DNA of 64,000 bases, taken from positions 203,910-267,909 of the forward strand of contig CAVWLW010000059.1 of the NCBI GenBank assembly GCA_963755715.1, given 5' to 3'. Of this stretch, positions 61,865 through 64,000 are shown one piece after another. The notes beneath the pieces are model-generated. The model saw only the letters and a program-made list of their open reading frames with translations, ran no database searches and had not been told where the DNA came from. The translations under genes were made by a program, and so were the position numbers. The first letter of the stretch is position 1. Each line of letters begins with the position of its first letter. The DNA comes from an uncultured delta proteobacterium (lineage in GTDB: Bacteria > Desulfobacterota > Binatia > UBA9968).

Positions 61865-62137
61865 TTAATGAATCATCTCTGAAGGCATGTTAGCCAACAG
61901 GTAAGCCTCTTGTACTATTTGCCAATCGTAAGTTACGGCACGTTTGCGGGCGAGTTCTTCCCCTACTGCTAAATATTCATCTGGATGATAGTTCCCGTGC
62001 CAGACATCCTGCATGTCGATGAACGCGAGCCGCCCGGGTTCCGCGCTAACGCAGACCTCTTTGATAATGAAGCGCGTGCCACGGTCAAGGACTGTCTCAC
62101 CTGACTTGATGTTTCTTGCTTTTGCGAGCCTTTTCAT
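61865..62137 (-). CDS. Hypothetical protein
   Basis: GGAGGAG RBS before ATG; 90 aa. Confidence 0.5.
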   Translation of the reverse strand: MKRLAKARNIKSGETVLDRGTRFIIKEVCVSAEPGRLAFIDMQDVWHGNYHPDEYLAVGEELARKRAVTYDWQIVQEAYLLANMPSEMIH

Positions 62138-62328
62138 TGTGCTCCTCCCTACACCCCTTCACTGCCCGGCTACGCCGAGGAAGGGAGAATAAAATTGATG
62201 CGGAAGAGATAATCCCTCAAACGCTGCTTGTCTTGACACTTGGTGACATTCAATTGACATTTCAACCCGCCTCCCGGTTGGGTGGCAGGAAAAAGGTTGT
62301 TGCGCGGGCTGTCGGATGGGGGTGCTCT

Positions 62329-62523
62329 CTAGGTATGACTTGCCTTGCGGATGTTGTCGCTCGATGATCCTTTGCCTCTGATAACAATCCAAGCCATGCG
62401 ATAAGAGCAACGAGTGCATCGACCATTCACCGCTTGCAGCGGTACGTTACGCCCCGGCTCTCTCAGCACGACTCCAAGATAGCCATTACATCGAGGACAG
62501 CTTCGGGCTAGATACCTTGCCAT
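62329..62523 (-). CDS. Small zinc-ribbon-like protein
   Basis: CPRC...CTRC pair in 64 aa. Confidence 0.5.
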   Translation of the reverse strand: MARYLARSCPRCNGYLGVVLREPGRNVPLQAVNGRCTRCSYRMAWIVIRGKGSSSDNIRKASHT

Positions 62524-62543
62524 ATCGAATCCTGAAAGTAGCC

Positions 62544-62687
62544 TTAAAGCATCACTCGTTTTGGTGCTCTCTTCGGTGGCGGATCGCTGATAGGCTTTTG
62601 GACTTTCTTGGGCTCTTTTATAGGGGGTTTCTTCGGAGTTGGCGGTTCTTTTCCCTCCGCCGGAGATTTCGCCTTACTTCTTAACAT
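62544..62687 (-). CDS. Small Pro/Lys-rich hypothetical protein (47 aa, not in the ORF track)
   Basis: MLRSKAKSPAEGKEPPTPKKPPIKEPKKVQKPISDPPPKRAPKRVML. Confidence 0.35.
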   Translation of the reverse strand: MLRSKAKSPAEGKEPPTPKKPPIKEPKKVQKPISDPPPKRAPKRVML

Positions 62688-62863
62688 CTGTCTGGACTTT
62701 TCTATCAGTATTCTCTGCTGACAGTTTCTTGAGCATCTCTTCCTTTGAGCTGAACGATTGCCCTGCTAGTGGGCCGCGATGGCAGTGATAACCTCCAGCC
62801 CTGCGGTTGTTGCGGCAGCCATAGACGTCGAGTCCACCGGTAACCGAGCTCCCAGCTCTACGC

Positions 62864-63097
62864 TTATATTTTCGTCGGCGGATGCTTACCGCTAAGCGTC
62901 CGCGGGTTTTTTTGATGGAAACATCGGGTGGCTTCTAGGTTCGCGCAATCTTCGCAAAACCGCTCGTTCATTTCGGGTTTTATAAAATGCAGTTGCACGA
63001 AATTGGTATCCGGCCAATGCGGGCAGTCGGTATGGAAATGCCACTCTGGATCTAACGTGTCTTTATGCCTTCGGTAAAATAGGATCATTCCGCTCAC
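62864..63097 (-). CDS. Small Cys/His-rich hypothetical protein
   Basis: WHFHTDCPHWP...FCEDC. Confidence 0.45.
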   Translation of the reverse strand: MSGMILFYRRHKDTLDPEWHFHTDCPHWPDTNFVQLHFIKPEMNERFCEDCANLEATRCFHQKNPRTLSGKHPPTKI

Positions 63098-63757
63098 TCC
63101 GGTGACAGACGCTCATCAACCCATTCTCGCCCTAGTCCAATGCCAAACCCGGTTGCGTTTTCTACGGTATTGAAAGCCTGCTGTGTAAGTATTGTGTTCA
63201 GGACCTCAATGAACTGATATGTGAGGGATGTCTATAATGGGAGTGAGTTGATAATGATTTTGGGTATCGTAGATAACAAAAACGGAAATGAGGTGCCCTC
63301 TATATTCCAGATTCGCCATCTTACGCTCTAGCCAGCTTTCCTCTTGTTAGATTTTTTCCATTTGTACTTGTTGATCTTGTCTTCAAGTTTTCTTTAGCTC
63401 GTGGTCATACACTGGATGATAACAACGCAGGTTGCCGCGATTTTTTCCAAGCCTTTTGAAGCTCCAAGACGTCGTCTCTTTCACTTAGAGTTTAACACAA
63501 TCTCAATTGCTCAAATCTTGAGGAGCATTTTAATCTCGCTACCTATCACACCACCATGAAATATTGTCACGGTATTTTTAAATTTGTTGAAGACTAACCG
63601 GGCCAATCAGTTAAACAAATTGACCGAATAGATAATCCCTATGAGAACTGGGAAGGAATCGCGATGGCAAAGGCGTATAAAGTGAATCCAGCAGATATTT
63701 GTGAGCCAAAAAAAACTTGTAGGGAGCCGTCAAGTGTCCGGGGGAACTTGCAATGTG

Positions 63758-63997
63758 ATGAACTGTCGCTCACCCACAAATCAAATCTGATACAGCTCCC
63801 GTAGTCGAATCGTCGCGCTTGGTTGCTCTCCTCCTCAGGAAAATAGCTGATTTTCATACGCTCGCGTTTCTGCATAAACTGGGCTCGGCTGACAGCCAGC
63901 GACACCAGGATAAAACGGGACTGATACAACCAGTTGCCTTTGAATTGGGGTGATCGAGTAGAAGAGACAAACTCAACAAATCACTTAGACACAGGGG
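63758..63997 (+). repeat. Non-coding direct repeat, copy 2
   Basis: Highly similar to 60298-60530; runs to the window edge. Confidence 0.9.
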
Positions 63998-64000
63998 CGC

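Overview
GC-rich bacterial chromosomal segment. Its gene content resembles Candidatus Binatia/deltaproteobacteria-like soil genomes (inference): 13 ABC solute-binding proteins with no permease or ATPase, amidohydrolases, a UbiD-family decarboxylase, MmgE/PrpD, VOC and cupin proteins, MFS transporters, a class I fumarase, a Mo-bisPGD oxidoreductase and three Tat-exported xanthine-oxidase-family Mo-hydroxylase pairs. About 20 genes carry single-base frameshifts, most likely long-read indel errors. Features the ORF track misses: (i) a probable selenoprotein (thioredoxin-fold, U-x-x-C) at 20413-19871 with a candidate SECIS hairpin; (ii) several REP-like palindromes enclosed in short MITE-like terminal inverted repeats, one nested in another REP with a 4-bp target duplication; (iii) an integron attC site and cassette remnants without an integrase; (iv) two cargo blocks (an MNT-HEPN toxin-antitoxin pair; an SDR/two-component/desaturase island), each bounded by a duplicated 3' end of a host gene; (v) a duplicated ~235-bp non-coding leader near the right end. 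No rRNA, tRNA, CRISPR array, transposase or integrase was recognised.
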